A stretch of DNA of 64,000 bases from Chitinophagaceae bacterium (GCA_037046685.1 JBAOGZ010000020.1:188046-252045); one strand, 5' to 3'. Positions 27,227 to 38,384 are shown, counted from the stretch's first letter. Translations and numbers: made by a program. Notes: generated by a model not told the origin, from the letters alone.

Positions 27227-27283
27227 TTTAAAAAAGTTTCAAAATCATAGTTACAAAATCTTAAAAATCAGCACTTAAATATT

Positions 27284-28303
27284 ATGGAAGGTAGATTTAA
27301 TATGGGAAACAGGTTTAAAAATATAGAAGAAGTAATTGAAAATGAATGTTTTATGGCTTGGTATCATAAGCTTGGAAACGAAAATTCATTTGCTTGGGAG
27401 GCATTAATATCTTCTGATGGGGAGCTTAAAAGTATGTCGGAAGACGCTGTTGTATTCTTAAACAATATTTTGATTAGAGAGAAAGATGTAGCATCGGAAC
27501 AGATTAATTCTTCATTTCAACAAGCAATGAAAAGAATTAATGACGAGAAAAAAGCTCCTATTAGAGTCTTGGGATTGAAAAATAAAAAATGGATGGCAGT
27601 AGCTGCAATGTTGATTTGTGTTTTTGGGAGTGTTGTTTTTTTCAAATATTTTCAAAAGGGTAAAGAAGTCGCAAAAAGTTATTCAACAACTTATGGGCAT
27701 TTACAGAAGTTTTTACTTCCCGATGGTTCTGAAGTTACTTTAAATGCCAACACAACAATTAATCTTGGAAAAGAATGGAACGATAAAGCTGAAAGAGAAG
27801 TATGGGTAAAAGGAGAGGCTTTTTTTAAGGTTAAAAAAAATACAACACATAATAAGTTTATCGTACACACTGAGAACTTAAAAATTATTGTTACCGGTAC
27901 TCAGTTTAATGTAATAAACCGAAATAATAAAAACAGCGTTTTGCTTACAGAAGGAAGCGTAACCATTGAAACCAAAGACGGCCACACAAAAAAGATGATT
28001 CCGGGAGATTATGTAGAATTTGACCAACAAGGACTTCAATATAAGCCTATGCAGGCTGATAAAGTAATAGCTTGGACAGAACGAAAGATTGATTTTGATA
28101 ATACGCCTATGGAGTCAGCCGCAAAACAGATTGAAGAAATTTATGGGGTGCAGATAAAACTTGCAGATGATAAAGTGAAAGGTATTGTACTTACGGGTAT
28201 GATGCCAAACGACAACCTGGATGTGTTATTGGAGGCGATTTCAATATCACAGAACTGCACCATTAATAAAGTAGGAGATAGTATCACTATTACAAGCAAA
28301 TAA
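27284..28303 (+). CDS. FecR-family anti-sigma factor / transmembrane sensor
   Basis: 339 aa with a single central TM helix (WMAVAAMLICVFGSVVFF), followed by the FecR domain (LPDGSEVTLNANT...) and a C-terminal DUF4974-like segment. Confidence 0.85.
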   Translation: MEGRFNMGNRFKNIEEVIENECFMAWYHKLGNENSFAWEALISSDGELKSMSEDAVVFLNNILIREKDVASEQINSSFQQAMKRINDEKKAPIRVLGLKNKKWMAVAAMLICVFGSVVFFKYFQKGKEVAKSYSTTYGHLQKFLLPDGSEVTLNANTTINLGKEWNDKAEREVWVKGEAFFKVKKNTTHNKFIVHTENLKIIVTGTQFNVINRNNKNSVLLTEGSVTIETKDGHTKKMIPGDYVEFDQQGLQYKPMQADKVIAWTERKIDFDNTPMESAAKQIEEIYGVQIKLADDKVKGIVLTGMMPNDNLDVLLEAISISQNCTINKVGDSITITSK

Positions 28304-28324
28304 AACATCTAAACTAAACTTGCT

Positions 28325-31300
28325 ATGAGACAAATGGTTACAAACAAAAAAATCAGTGCATTGTTTTTTGCCGGATTTCTTTTTTCGCTGACCCAGTCGC
28401 AGGCGCAAAATCTTTATGCTTATTCGGGCAAAAAGAAAAATGCAACTGTAAACGTGTCTGCCGAAAATGAAACAGAAGCAAAATCTGGTAAACAAACTTT
28501 GTTTTCAGCTTTAAAAGAGTTGAATAAGAAAAAGGATATTTACTTTCTTTTTTCTGAACCGGCCATTGCCGAAACTTCGGTTGATGAAATAAAAAATCCT
28601 CGCAGTTCTGTTGAGTCAATTCTGGATATGCTGCTAAGAGGGACGGGTTTGAATTACAAAAAAATAGGCGATAAAACCTATGTTATCGTTTCGGCAAAAG
28701 AAGATGACAGACAGAAATCTGAAAATACTACTACAAATAACTTTGCGGATTATGTTTCTTTTGACGAGATTAAAATTAAGAATAAGCAAGATAACATAAC
28801 CGGAAAAGTGATTGGTGCTGACGGGTTTCCTTTATCAGGCGTATTGATTCAAGTAAAAGGTAGCCGCAATGGTACTGTTACCAATAACAACGGTGAGTTT
28901 AGCATTAATGCAAAAAAAGGTGACGTATTGGTTATCTCATACATAGGTTATGATTCAAAGGAATTGGTAGTAGGAGATGACCATTCTATTTCAATTAACC
29001 TGATACAAAGTAATGCAGCATTGAATGAAGTAGTGGTAACAGCTTTGGGCATTAAAAAGGAAACAAAGAGATTAGGATATTCAGTTACTAAAGTAGGTGG
29101 TGAAGAATTTACAAAGTCAAGAGAAATTAATATTGGAAATTCTCTTGTAGGTAAAATTGCTGGTGTAAACAGTAGTGGACCTCTTACCGGTCCCGGCGGT
29201 TCTTCCAATGTACTCATCAGAGGAATGAGTTCGCTGAGTGGTGGTCGTCCATTGTATGTAGTAAATGGTATTCCATTTAACAATAATAATTTCGGTAGTG
29301 CTGGTATGTGGGGTGGAGCTGACTTGGGTGAAGGCCTTACCAGTATCAATCCTGATGATATCGAAGAAATATCTGTACTAAAAGGAGGTGCTGCAGCAGC
29401 ACTTTACGGTCAGCAAGCATTAGGCGGAGTTATTATGATAACTACAAAATCAGGAAAAGGTAAAAAAGGTTTGGGTATTGAAGTGAACAGTAACGTGCAG
29501 ATTGACAAGATTAATAATTTTCTTGATTTTCAAAATGAGTATGGTCAGGGTACAATTGGCAATAAGCCGGTTGATGCAATTTCCGCAATGAATACGGGTT
29601 TATCATCCTGGGGCGCAAGATTAGACGGTTCTAATGTTCCCATTTTTGATGGCAGTTTAAAGCCATATTCAGCGCAGGGCGATAATTTAAACCGCTTTTA
29701 TAATACGGGTTCTACTTTTAGTAATACAGTTTCTATTACAAGTGGAAATGAACAGGGAAATTTCAGATTGTCACTGGGTGATTTGCGCAATGCCGGTGTT
29801 TATCCCAATTCAAAATATACTCGTAATAATGTAAGTATTGAAGCAAATTATAAGCTATCAAACAAGTGGTCGGGTCAGGCATCTATCATTTATTCAAAAG
29901 AAGAAGGAAAAAACAGAAGTAACCTGAGTGATGCGCCCGGTAACGGAAACTATGCCATCAATTTTCTACCTCCCAATGTAAATGCAGATTACCTTGGTAA
30001 AGGATATGACGCTTTGGGCAACGAAATTGAATACAGTGGCGACGCCTTTACTACCAATCCATTTTTTGCTGCAAATAAATTTCAAAACAATACTTCAAAG
30101 AACAGAACCTTTACAGTTGCAAGTCTGCGTTATGCTCCATTGAAGTGGTTGTACATACAAGGTCGTTTTGGAAACGACAACTATTCATTTAACGGCGTGC
30201 AAATCACTCCTACAGGCACAGCATATAGAAGAGGTGGTAGTCTTGATAACGATATCAATTGGTTTTATAACCAAAGCAATTTTGATTTATTGATAGGTAT
30301 CAATAAAAACATAACACCTACTATCAATGCTAATTTTACAGTGGGTGCTAACGCATTGAAAGAAAGACAAAAAATTAATACAATCAATGCTAGTGGGTTG
30401 GCTTTCCCTTACTTATATAACCCCGGTGCTGCAACTTCCAATAATGCAACAACAAGCACGCCAAGAAAAGATGTTAATTCTGTTTATGGTAGTTTGGAGT
30501 TGTCTTATAAAAATTTCTTGTTTGTAAATGTTACCGATCGTAACGATTGGTCAAGCACCATACCTATTGCAAATAATTCATATAATTATCCTTCTGTAAA
30601 TGTCTCATATGTATTCTCTGAAAACTTCAAACCATCCTGGTTGAGTTTTGGAAAGGTTAGATTAGGTTATGCTCAAGTGGGACGTGATGCGGATCCATTT
30701 CAAACAGCATTGTATTATAATTCCAGTGGCGCCATCAACGGGCAGGCAATTGGTTCATTGCCAAATTTGATACCCAATAAAGATCTGGAACCGCTTCAGG
30801 CAAAAGAATTTGAAGTGGGTACTATGCTCAATTTCTTAAGCAACCGTTTGAATCTTGATTTTACTTGGTATAAGAAAAATACAATTAACGATATTGTACA
30901 AGCCAGCGTTTCACCAACATCAGGTTATGATGCTGCTATCGTAAACATTGGTAAAGTTCAAAATAATGGAATTGAGCTTTTGATTGGCGGTACTCCTGTT
31001 AAAGGCAAAAACTTTACCTGGAATACCTCATTTAATATTGCTAACAATAAAAATAAGGTGGTGCAACTTGCCGAAGGTCAAAACTTCATGAGTCTGGCAC
31101 AGTCGCGTACAACAAGAGGTTTTACACAGCATCGTTTGGGTCTTCCAGCTTTTCAGGTTATGGTTTATGATTTTAAAAGAGATCCATCAAAGAACAATGC
31201 TTTAGTGGTTAATGCAAGTGGTTTCCCTATGGCGGCTGACAATCTGATTCCTGTAGGAACCAGTATTCATCCTACAACCGGTGGCTGGAATAATAGTCTT

Positions 31301-31780
31301 AAGTATAAGAAATTCAGCCTTGATTTCTTGATTGATTATAAATATGGCGGCTGGATTTATTCAGGTACCAATGCAAGAGCCTATGCGAATGGATTGCATA
31401 AAAACACATTGGAAGGACGTACGTCGGGTGTAACGGTTACAGGTGTTGATGCATCTGGAACAGCAGTAACAACAAATATTTCAGCTCAAAATTATTATGG
31501 CGCATTGGCCAATATCTCTTATGTACAAACTTATAAAGCAGATTTTATTAAGTTCCGTTCATTGACACTTTCTTATGACGTACCCATCCGTAATTCGCTC
31601 AAAGGAAAAATTCAGGGATTAACCATTTCTTTGGTTGGCAGAAACTTATTTTATATTAAAAGAAATACACCAAACATTGACCCTGAGGCAAACTATAGTA
31701 ACAATTCCTCAATTGGTTTGGAATACGCCAGTTTGCCAAGTGTAAAGAGCTATGGTTTAAATCTGAATGTGAGATTTTAA
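28325..31780 (+). CDS. susC: SusC/RagA-family TonB-dependent outer-membrane transporter with an N-terminal STN signalling domain
   Basis: 1151 aa. After the signal peptide come an STN-like domain, a CarboxypepD_reg-like domain (ITGKVIGADGFPLSGVLIQVKG), a plug, a 22-strand barrel and a terminal F. It lies 21 nt after fecR. Confidence 0.9.
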   Translation: MRQMVTNKKISALFFAGFLFSLTQSQAQNLYAYSGKKKNATVNVSAENETEAKSGKQTLFSALKELNKKKDIYFLFSEPAIAETSVDEIKNPRSSVESILDMLLRGTGLNYKKIGDKTYVIVSAKEDDRQKSENTTTNNFADYVSFDEIKIKNKQDNITGKVIGADGFPLSGVLIQVKGSRNGTVTNNNGEFSINAKKGDVLVISYIGYDSKELVVGDDHSISINLIQSNAALNEVVVTALGIKKETKRLGYSVTKVGGEEFTKSREINIGNSLVGKIAGVNSSGPLTGPGGSSNVLIRGMSSLSGGRPLYVVNGIPFNNNNFGSAGMWGGADLGEGLTSINPDDIEEISVLKGGAAAALYGQQALGGVIMITTKSGKGKKGLGIEVNSNVQIDKINNFLDFQNEYGQGTIGNKPVDAISAMNTGLSSWGARLDGSNVPIFDGSLKPYSAQGDNLNRFYNTGSTFSNTVSITSGNEQGNFRLSLGDLRNAGVYPNSKYTRNNVSIEANYKLSNKWSGQASIIYSKEEGKNRSNLSDAPGNGNYAINFLPPNVNADYLGKGYDALGNEIEYSGDAFTTNPFFAANKFQNNTSKNRTFTVASLRYAPLKWLYIQGRFGNDNYSFNGVQITPTGTAYRRGGSLDNDINWFYNQSNFDLLIGINKNITPTINANFTVGANALKERQKINTINASGLAFPYLYNPGAATSNNATTSTPRKDVNSVYGSLELSYKNFLFVNVTDRNDWSSTIPIANNSYNYPSVNVSYVFSENFKPSWLSFGKVRLGYAQVGRDADPFQTALYYNSSGAINGQAIGSLPNLIPNKDLEPLQAKEFEVGTMLNFLSNRLNLDFTWYKKNTINDIVQASVSPTSGYDAAIVNIGKVQNNGIELLIGGTPVKGKNFTWNTSFNIANNKNKVVQLAEGQNFMSLAQSRTTRGFTQHRLGLPAFQVMVYDFKRDPSKNNALVVNASGFPMAADNLIPVGTSIHPTTGGWNNSLKYKKFSLDFLIDYKYGGWIYSGTNARAYANGLHKNTLEGRTSGVTVTGVDASGTAVTTNISAQNYYGALANISYVQTYKADFIKFRSLTLSYDVPIRNSLKGKIQGLTISLVGRNLFYIKRNTPNIDPEANYSNNSSIGLEYASLPSVKSYGLNLNVRF

Positions 31781-31819
31781 GAGTTAATTAATTAAAATAA
31801 CAACTGAAAATAAAGCGAT

Positions 31820-33376
31820 ATGAAACTTATAAATAAAATATTCTTTCTGGTTGGAGCTTCGCTGATGTTCGCAGCCTGTACAAAGAAGTTTGAAGAATTA
31901 AATACTGACCCCAATGGCGCTTCTGCTGCCAATTATCCGCCTGTTTATAATCTTACGAAATCTCAATTAGAATACACTGGAAATAGTGATTTTAGTTATG
32001 AAGTATGGCGGGTAAATATTATCTATTGCGGCATGTTTACTCAACATTTAGCCAATGCCAGTTGGTATGCCGGCGATAAGTATATGCAGAATGATGCATG
32101 GGCCAATGCCTATTTTGATGTTGCCTATAAGGATCAGGTAAAATATGTAGTTGATCTTTTAGCGTTAACAAAAGATAAACCCAACTACAAGAATCTTTAT
32201 CAGATTGCCAGAATCATGAAAGTGATGATATTTCATCGCATTACAGATTTATATGGCGAAATTCCTTATACTGAAGCAGGTCTTGGATTCTACGGCAGAA
32301 TTTTTACGCCTAAGTATGATAAGCAACAGAGCATTTACTTAGATATGTTGAAAGAGTTGGATGAAGCAGGTACAGCGCTGGATGTAAGTGCAGATAAGCC
32401 CGGTACAGGCGATCTTATTTACGGAGCTACAGCTGCCCCTGCTGCGCAATGGAAAAAACTGGCTAATAGCCTAATGATTCGTTTAGGCATGAGATTGACA
32501 AAAGTAGATCCTGCAGCTGCAAAAACCTGGGTTGAAAAAGGGTATGCAAAAGGACCTATGACATCAAATGCTGACAATGCACTTGTGAAGCATGATGCAA
32601 CCGGTGGTCGTCAAACCGTAAATCGCAATAGCAACATACTAGGTGATGATGGTGAGTGGAAAGCTTGTAAGAATGGTGAAGTTTATTTAAGCAGAACATT
32701 TGTAAACTACCTGAAAACAAATAACGACCCTCGTTTACAATATCTTTCAAGAGTGCGTTCATCAGGAAGTACAGTACCTGCATTACAAATTGGCTTGCCA
32801 AACGGATATGATCAAAATGGTGGTGCTACAGATGTTTCAACGGCACCGGGATTTCCGGGAAATATTAGTAACTATTCAACTATCAGAAGTGATATATTCC
32901 TTACAAATGCAGGCCCAACTGTTTTGGCTACTTATGGACAGCAAGAGTTATTACTTGCTGAAGCCGCAAAAAGAGGATGGAGTGTAGGCGCAGGTGCCGC
33001 TACACATTACAACAATGGAGTTACCGCAGCAATGGAACAGTTTGTACAATACAATGCTTCTGCTGCTATTGCTGGGGTTGATATTACAGCCTATCTGACG
33101 GCACATCCTTATGCGGATAGTTATGATCAAATCAATTCTCAATACTGGTTAGCAAGCTTTTTAGATTGGTATGAAACATGGTCAAACTGGAGACGTAGTG
33201 GATACCCTGCTTTGACACCGGTAAACTATGTAGGTAATGCAACCGGTGGACAAATACCCAGAAGAATGCTTTATCCATCATCCGAAGCATCAGCTAATGG
33301 TACAAACTATGATGCTGCAATTTCCAGTCAGGGAACCAATACTTTTATGACAAGAGTATGGTGGGATAAGCCCTGA
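31820..33376 (+). CDS. susD: SusD/RagB-family nutrient-binding outer-membrane lipoprotein
   Basis: 518 aa with a lipobox (LMFAAC). It follows susC directly, has TPR-like helical composition, and ends ...TRVWWDKP as SusD-like_2 proteins typically do. Confidence 0.85.
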   Translation: MKLINKIFFLVGASLMFAACTKKFEELNTDPNGASAANYPPVYNLTKSQLEYTGNSDFSYEVWRVNIIYCGMFTQHLANASWYAGDKYMQNDAWANAYFDVAYKDQVKYVVDLLALTKDKPNYKNLYQIARIMKVMIFHRITDLYGEIPYTEAGLGFYGRIFTPKYDKQQSIYLDMLKELDEAGTALDVSADKPGTGDLIYGATAAPAAQWKKLANSLMIRLGMRLTKVDPAAAKTWVEKGYAKGPMTSNADNALVKHDATGGRQTVNRNSNILGDDGEWKACKNGEVYLSRTFVNYLKTNNDPRLQYLSRVRSSGSTVPALQIGLPNGYDQNGGATDVSTAPGFPGNISNYSTIRSDIFLTNAGPTVLATYGQQELLLAEAAKRGWSVGAGAATHYNNGVTAAMEQFVQYNASAAIAGVDITAYLTAHPYADSYDQINSQYWLASFLDWYETWSNWRRSGYPALTPVNYVGNATGGQIPRRMLYPSSEASANGTNYDAAISSQGTNTFMTRVWWDKP

Positions 33377-33415
33377 TAACATTACGTACGCAAGTTGACA
33401 GATATATAAGCAGTG

Positions 33416-33447
33416 AAAGCTGTCCGGAAACGGGCAGCTTTTCATTT
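33416..33447 (+). terminator. Rho-independent terminator after susD
   Basis: Stem aaagctgtccg / cgggcagcttt (one G-U pair) with loop gaaa, followed by a T-rich tail. Confidence 0.75.
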
Positions 33448-33632
33448 CTTACACAGTTTTATTATACTTTCTTAACTAAACTATGAAATAAAACTGCTAC
33501 TAACGATTTTGTATATAAAAGTATTTATTAAAGATATTTTTTATTATATGATGCAAACATCCGGCAACAACAATTTATTAAATGTTCAACTGTGCATTGT
33601 TCTTTTTTGCATGGGGCTATCCAACTTTCAAA

Positions 33633-35972
33633 TTAATTCACCTCTATCTCATCTACAAACAACCATGCTTTATGTCCGGCGCCTGCCATACCCGAAGGGA
33701 TAGTGCCATAGTTTCTAATTGTAATTTTCAAATACCGGGTAGTTGTCTTTTCGTCTTTTAATATTAAACTCGTTCTTAAATGCTGGTTACCTACAATTTC
33801 AGTAGCGACATCAAAAGAAACATCATTGAAATTTTCGCCATCATTACTGATTTTTAGCTCTATATTTTTATGTGGGTAAATCCAGCTTCCTTTTTCAGTT
33901 AAACCATGTACGATTACATTTTTTACATCGGTTATATTTCCTAAATCAATTTCAACTTCGCAATCATCGCCACTAAAACCAAGAAATTCTCTGCTTTTAC
34001 CTAACCCTTTTTCATTGATAACACCATTAACTAAGGTAAATGCACCATCACCCGGATAATTGGGGGATGCAGCTTTTGTCAATGTGATTTTTTTTCCTGT
34101 TGCTTTGTTGAAATGAAATTTTTCGGTGACTACACTTTCCAATTTTGTTCCATTATAAAAAAAGCCTTTTAAGACTGATGATTTATTTACTTTAACCGGC
34201 AATAGATATGTGGATATTTTTTTATTGTCATCAGCCTGATACTTGATCATACCCGACTTGAGTTTGGTTTCTAATTTCCATTGTACACCATTGTAATTTG
34301 CCGAAGGAAGAACAGAAGTTTTTAAATCAAAATATGCCTTGCTGTAATTTATTTTCATCAAATCATATCTCTTAAATAATGTATTCAATCTGATTTGAAA
34401 ATTTTCCCAACTCTTTGATTCTTTTGGACTCCACAGTACTTCACTTAAGGCAGCAATGCGTGGAAAAAGATGATATTCTACTTTGGATGGATAGGCCATA
34501 TACTCGGCCCACATATTTGCCTGAGCGCCCAGTATGTGTTTTGCCTGATCTTCATTTAATTCCTTGGGTATCGGTTCATAAGCATATACTTTTTCAATGG
34601 GATTGTAGCCGCCAATGGTTACACTGTCTTCATTTGTACTTTGTGAGTGATCAAAATAAACAGGATTGCCGGGCGTCATAATTACATCATGATTTTGCTT
34701 TGCTGCATCAATTCCTCCCTGTTCGCCTCTCCAGCTCATTACCGTTGCATTGGGTGCAAGGCCACCCTCCAGTATTTCATCCCAGCCAATGATTCTTCTT
34801 CCTTTGCCGTTCAAATATTTTTCAACACGCTGTATAAAATAGCTCTGCAACTCATGTTCGTCTTTTAAATGTTCGTCCTTCATGCGTTGTTGGCATTGTG
34901 CACATCGCTTCCAGTTTTCTTTTGGACATTCATCTCCACCTATATGAATATACCTGGATGGAAACAAGGTAAGCACTTCGTCTAATACGTCCTGTAGTAC
35001 TTTGAATGTGTTTTCTTTTCCGGCACAAAACACATCATCAAATACGCCCCAGGTTTGTTGTACCTGTTTGCCTGTTGTATCGCCACTCCATACACATTGC
35101 TTTGGAAAAAAACTAAAAGTGGGCTCATTGGGAAAACAACTAAGTTCAGGATAAGCTGCAATGGCTGCCGAAGCATGGCCGGGCATCTCAATTTCAGGTA
35201 TAATAGTTATGAAGCGCTGTGCTGCGTACTTAACTATTTCTTTAATTTCTGCTTGTGTGTAAAATCCACCATAGTGTAAATTGTCATTTCCGGTGCCAGG
35301 ATAACGACCTATGATGGTCCCGTTTCTCCATCCGCCTACTGACGTGAGTTTGGGATATTTTTTTATTTCTATTCTCCAGCCCTGGTCATCAGTAAGGTGC
35401 CAGTGAAAAGTATTGAATTTATGCAACGCTAAATAATCAATATATTTTTTTACAAAATCTACCGGCCAGAAATGTCGGCTACAATCAAGATGAATGCCCC
35501 GATAGCCAAAACGAGGATAGTCAGAAATACTTACTTGAGGAATGGATATAGATGTAGCGACATTTTTCTTTAATAACGAAGTTGTGGGCAATAATTGAAT
35601 TAATGTTTGCATACCTGCAAAAGCTCCGGATGCTGTTTGCCCATAAATGGAAATACCTGTTGAAGAAACAGTAAGCGTATAAGCTTCTTCTTTTCCGGGC
35701 AAGAGGGTTTGCAGTGTTGTTATCTTAATAAAATTATTACTCGCTGATTTTACTTTTATAAGCTGCTTGCCATAAAACTGTTTTAGATATTTATTAAAAA
35801 AATCTGCGGCATTGTCATCTACGCCATTACTTACAACCAATACGGTTTTAGAATTGATTTGAAATTTGCCTACTCCTGGTTTTACCGATACAGGTTGCGG
35901 AATGATTTGAATGGGTTGTGCTTTGATTATATTGATGCATAGGATTGTAATCAGAAGAAAAATATATCTCAT
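33633..35972 (-). CDS. GH20 beta-N-acetylhexosaminidase with a C-terminal F5/8 type C (discoidin)-like domain
   Basis: 779 aa with a signal peptide. GH20 catalytic region motifs are present: HLDCSRHF, FHWHLTDDQGWR, and HIGGDE with the catalytic D-E pair. Confidence 0.9.
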   Translation of the reverse strand: MRYIFLLITILCINIIKAQPIQIIPQPVSVKPGVGKFQINSKTVLVVSNGVDDNAADFFNKYLKQFYGKQLIKVKSASNNFIKITTLQTLLPGKEEAYTLTVSSTGISIYGQTASGAFAGMQTLIQLLPTTSLLKKNVATSISIPQVSISDYPRFGYRGIHLDCSRHFWPVDFVKKYIDYLALHKFNTFHWHLTDDQGWRIEIKKYPKLTSVGGWRNGTIIGRYPGTGNDNLHYGGFYTQAEIKEIVKYAAQRFITIIPEIEMPGHASAAIAAYPELSCFPNEPTFSFFPKQCVWSGDTTGKQVQQTWGVFDDVFCAGKENTFKVLQDVLDEVLTLFPSRYIHIGGDECPKENWKRCAQCQQRMKDEHLKDEHELQSYFIQRVEKYLNGKGRRIIGWDEILEGGLAPNATVMSWRGEQGGIDAAKQNHDVIMTPGNPVYFDHSQSTNEDSVTIGGYNPIEKVYAYEPIPKELNEDQAKHILGAQANMWAEYMAYPSKVEYHLFPRIAALSEVLWSPKESKSWENFQIRLNTLFKRYDLMKINYSKAYFDLKTSVLPSANYNGVQWKLETKLKSGMIKYQADDNKKISTYLLPVKVNKSSVLKGFFYNGTKLESVVTEKFHFNKATGKKITLTKAASPNYPGDGAFTLVNGVINEKGLGKSREFLGFSGDDCEVEIDLGNITDVKNVIVHGLTEKGSWIYPHKNIELKISNDGENFNDVSFDVATEIVGNQHLRTSLILKDEKTTTRYLKITIRNYGTIPSGMAGAGHKAWLFVDEIEVN

Positions 35973-35977
35973 ATTGA

Positions 35978-37846
35978 TTATTTAAGAATGGGTAAATTAA
36001 TTGATGATGCATTGTTGGCATCATGAAATATTTTGATCGTAGCTTTTTGATAATCGCCGGGTTTTGCATCATAAATGTTCATAAACTGCTGAGGGTTTCT
36101 ATCGGCAAGTGGGAACCAGCTACTTTGTATCTGCACCATTAAACGATGGCCTTTTTTAAAAGTATGTGCAACGTCGGGCAAATTGAAATTTACAGATTCA
36201 ATCTTGCCGGGTTTAAATGGTTCCGGTTTTTCAAAACTGTTTCTATATTTCCCTCTCATGATTTCACCTCTTACAAGCATTTGATAACCACCCATTGGAT
36301 AATTATTACTTGCGCCGGATGGTGTGTATTGAAAATCATCCGGGAAAACATCAATTAATTTTACTACAAAATCTGCATCTGTTCCGCTGATACTTACTTT
36401 CAATTTTGCAGTGAGCACGCCTGCTAAAGTAAGGTCTTCCGTAAGCGGGTCGGTTTCAAAACTTAGAACATCCGTTCTTCGCCCGGCAAATCGTTGATCG
36501 TCCGTCATATATTCTCTTGTTCTTCCAAAGTGTACATCTTCGGTATATGGAACAGGATGTGCTGGGTCGCTGATATATTCGCTAAAGCTTCCTTTTTTTA
36601 CATAGGTTGGTAGATTCCATGATAATGCGCCATCAGGTGCCAGATAAATTTCACGGGGTTGCGTTTCCGCAGGTGGCCATTGTTCAAACTGTTTCCATTT
36701 ATTTTCACCAGTAATAAATACATTGGCTTCTGCCAGTTTGGGATTATCTCCTTTGTTTTTCAGATAGTAATTGAAAAAAGGTATCTCAATATTATTTTGA
36801 TACCAAACAGATGTGTTTTCTCCAAATCTAATATTACCTAAACGGCTGCCATCATTGCTGCTCCACTGACCATGGTACCAGGGCCCCATTACTATTTTAT
36901 TATTGGTGTCCGGATTTTGTTTTTCAATTGCTTTATAGAGATTCCATGCGCCATAGCAATCCTCGGCATCAAACAATCCGCCTACTACCAGCATTGCAGG
37001 TTTAATATTATACATCGCCCTGCGGGCATCTCTTGACTGCCACCATTCATCATAATTGGGATGCGCATACAATTCTTTCCAAAAAGCAACACTATCGCCA
37101 ATTAATTTCATTTGTCTTGATGGTGGGTTTTCCAGATAGAATTTATAATTATCACGAATCTGAAATTCGAAACCTCTTGGCCCAATGGTAGTGGGCTTGG
37201 GTCTTGGTTTACCAAAACCGGAATAAAAACTAAATCCATCCATCTGAAAAAAGGCACCATTGTGATGAAAGTCGTCGCCCATAAACCAATCGGTAACGGG
37301 TGCCTGTGGGCTTACTGCTTTCAGTGCCGGATGCCCTGAAGCAGCAGCCATTGTAGCATAAAAGCCGGGATAGGAAATTCCAAATACACCTACATGGCCA
37401 TTGTTGTTTGGTATGTTTTTAGTGAGCCAGTCAATGGCATCATACGTATCGCTTGCTTCGTCTATTTCGTTACCGGTTTTATTTTTATTAAAAGGTCTTA
37501 CATCCACAAATTCACCTTCGCTCATCCACCTGCCACGTACATCTTGAATAACGATAATATAATTTTCTCTGCAATAATATTTCCAGTGAGATTTTAACAA
37601 CCGCATACTAAAGTTTTTACCGTAAGGTGCGCAAGAGTAGGGGGTACGGTTCATTAAAATTGGATGTTGCTCGCTTTTGTCATTGGGAATATATACAGCG
37701 GTAAACAGTTTGACACCATCACGCATCGGAATGGTAAATTCCTGTTTGGTGTAATGGTCCATTATCCACGCTGAATCCTGATCTGTTTGTGCTTTGGCGA
37801 ATGAAACCGATAGGATTAAAATTAGCCCGGCAATAATTTTTTTCAT
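35978..37846 (-). CDS. CocE/NonD-family serine hydrolase (S15 X-Pro dipeptidyl-peptidase-like)
   Basis: The ATG at 37846 gives the signal peptide MKKIIAGLILILSVSFAKAQ. A nucleophile elbow GISYPG is present, with a C-terminal jelly-roll domain typical of PepX_C. Confidence 0.8.
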   Translation of the reverse strand: MKKIIAGLILILSVSFAKAQTDQDSAWIMDHYTKQEFTIPMRDGVKLFTAVYIPNDKSEQHPILMNRTPYSCAPYGKNFSMRLLKSHWKYYCRENYIIVIQDVRGRWMSEGEFVDVRPFNKNKTGNEIDEASDTYDAIDWLTKNIPNNNGHVGVFGISYPGFYATMAAASGHPALKAVSPQAPVTDWFMGDDFHHNGAFFQMDGFSFYSGFGKPRPKPTTIGPRGFEFQIRDNYKFYLENPPSRQMKLIGDSVAFWKELYAHPNYDEWWQSRDARRAMYNIKPAMLVVGGLFDAEDCYGAWNLYKAIEKQNPDTNNKIVMGPWYHGQWSSNDGSRLGNIRFGENTSVWYQNNIEIPFFNYYLKNKGDNPKLAEANVFITGENKWKQFEQWPPAETQPREIYLAPDGALSWNLPTYVKKGSFSEYISDPAHPVPYTEDVHFGRTREYMTDDQRFAGRRTDVLSFETDPLTEDLTLAGVLTAKLKVSISGTDADFVVKLIDVFPDDFQYTPSGASNNYPMGGYQMLVRGEIMRGKYRNSFEKPEPFKPGKIESVNFNLPDVAHTFKKGHRLMVQIQSSWFPLADRNPQQFMNIYDAKPGDYQKATIKIFHDANNASSINLPILK

Positions 37847-37901
37847 TTGGAATAATTGTGCGTTAAATTTACGAATTCTCAACGCATCAAATTCTGAAAT
37901 C

Positions 37902-38384
37902 ATGAATAATAATGAAGAATTAATAACCCGATTTTACAGCGCATTTCAAAAACTGGATGCGACTACTATGAACAGTTGTTATAGTGATGATATAATATTC
38001 AGCGATCCGGTTTTTGGATTATTAAAAGGGGAGGAGGTAAGGGCGATGTGGGAGATGCTTTGCCAAAATGCAAAAGATTTTTCACTGTCATTTTCCAATA
38101 TTCAACATCTTGACGAGGAATATGCCACTTGCCAATGGGTGGCTTCTTATACTTTTTCTAAAACAGGCCGACGGGTGGTCAATAACATTAAAGCCTATAT
38201 GCGTTTTGCTGATGGAAAAATTGTAGAGCATAGTGATGCTTTTAAAATAAGTAAGTGGGCTGCTCAGGCGCTTGGATGGAAGGGCGCTGTATTTGGATGG
38301 ACGGGCTGGATGCAACGTAAGATTAAAAAAAATGCGAAAGCGAATCTTGAAAAATTTATTGTGAATAAGCGAAACCAGCAATAA
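37902..38384 (+). CDS. NTF2-like (SnoaL-type) protein
   Basis: 160 aa from the ATG at 37902 (MNNNEELITRFYSAFQKLD), a typical SnoaL-like opening. The longer ORF-track version overlaps the upstream minus-strand gene. Confidence 0.65.
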   Translation: MNNNEELITRFYSAFQKLDATTMNSCYSDDIIFSDPVFGLLKGEEVRAMWEMLCQNAKDFSLSFSNIQHLDEEYATCQWVASYTFSKTGRRVVNNIKAYMRFADGKIVEHSDAFKISKWAAQALGWKGAVFGWTGWMQRKIKKNAKANLEKFIVNKRNQQ

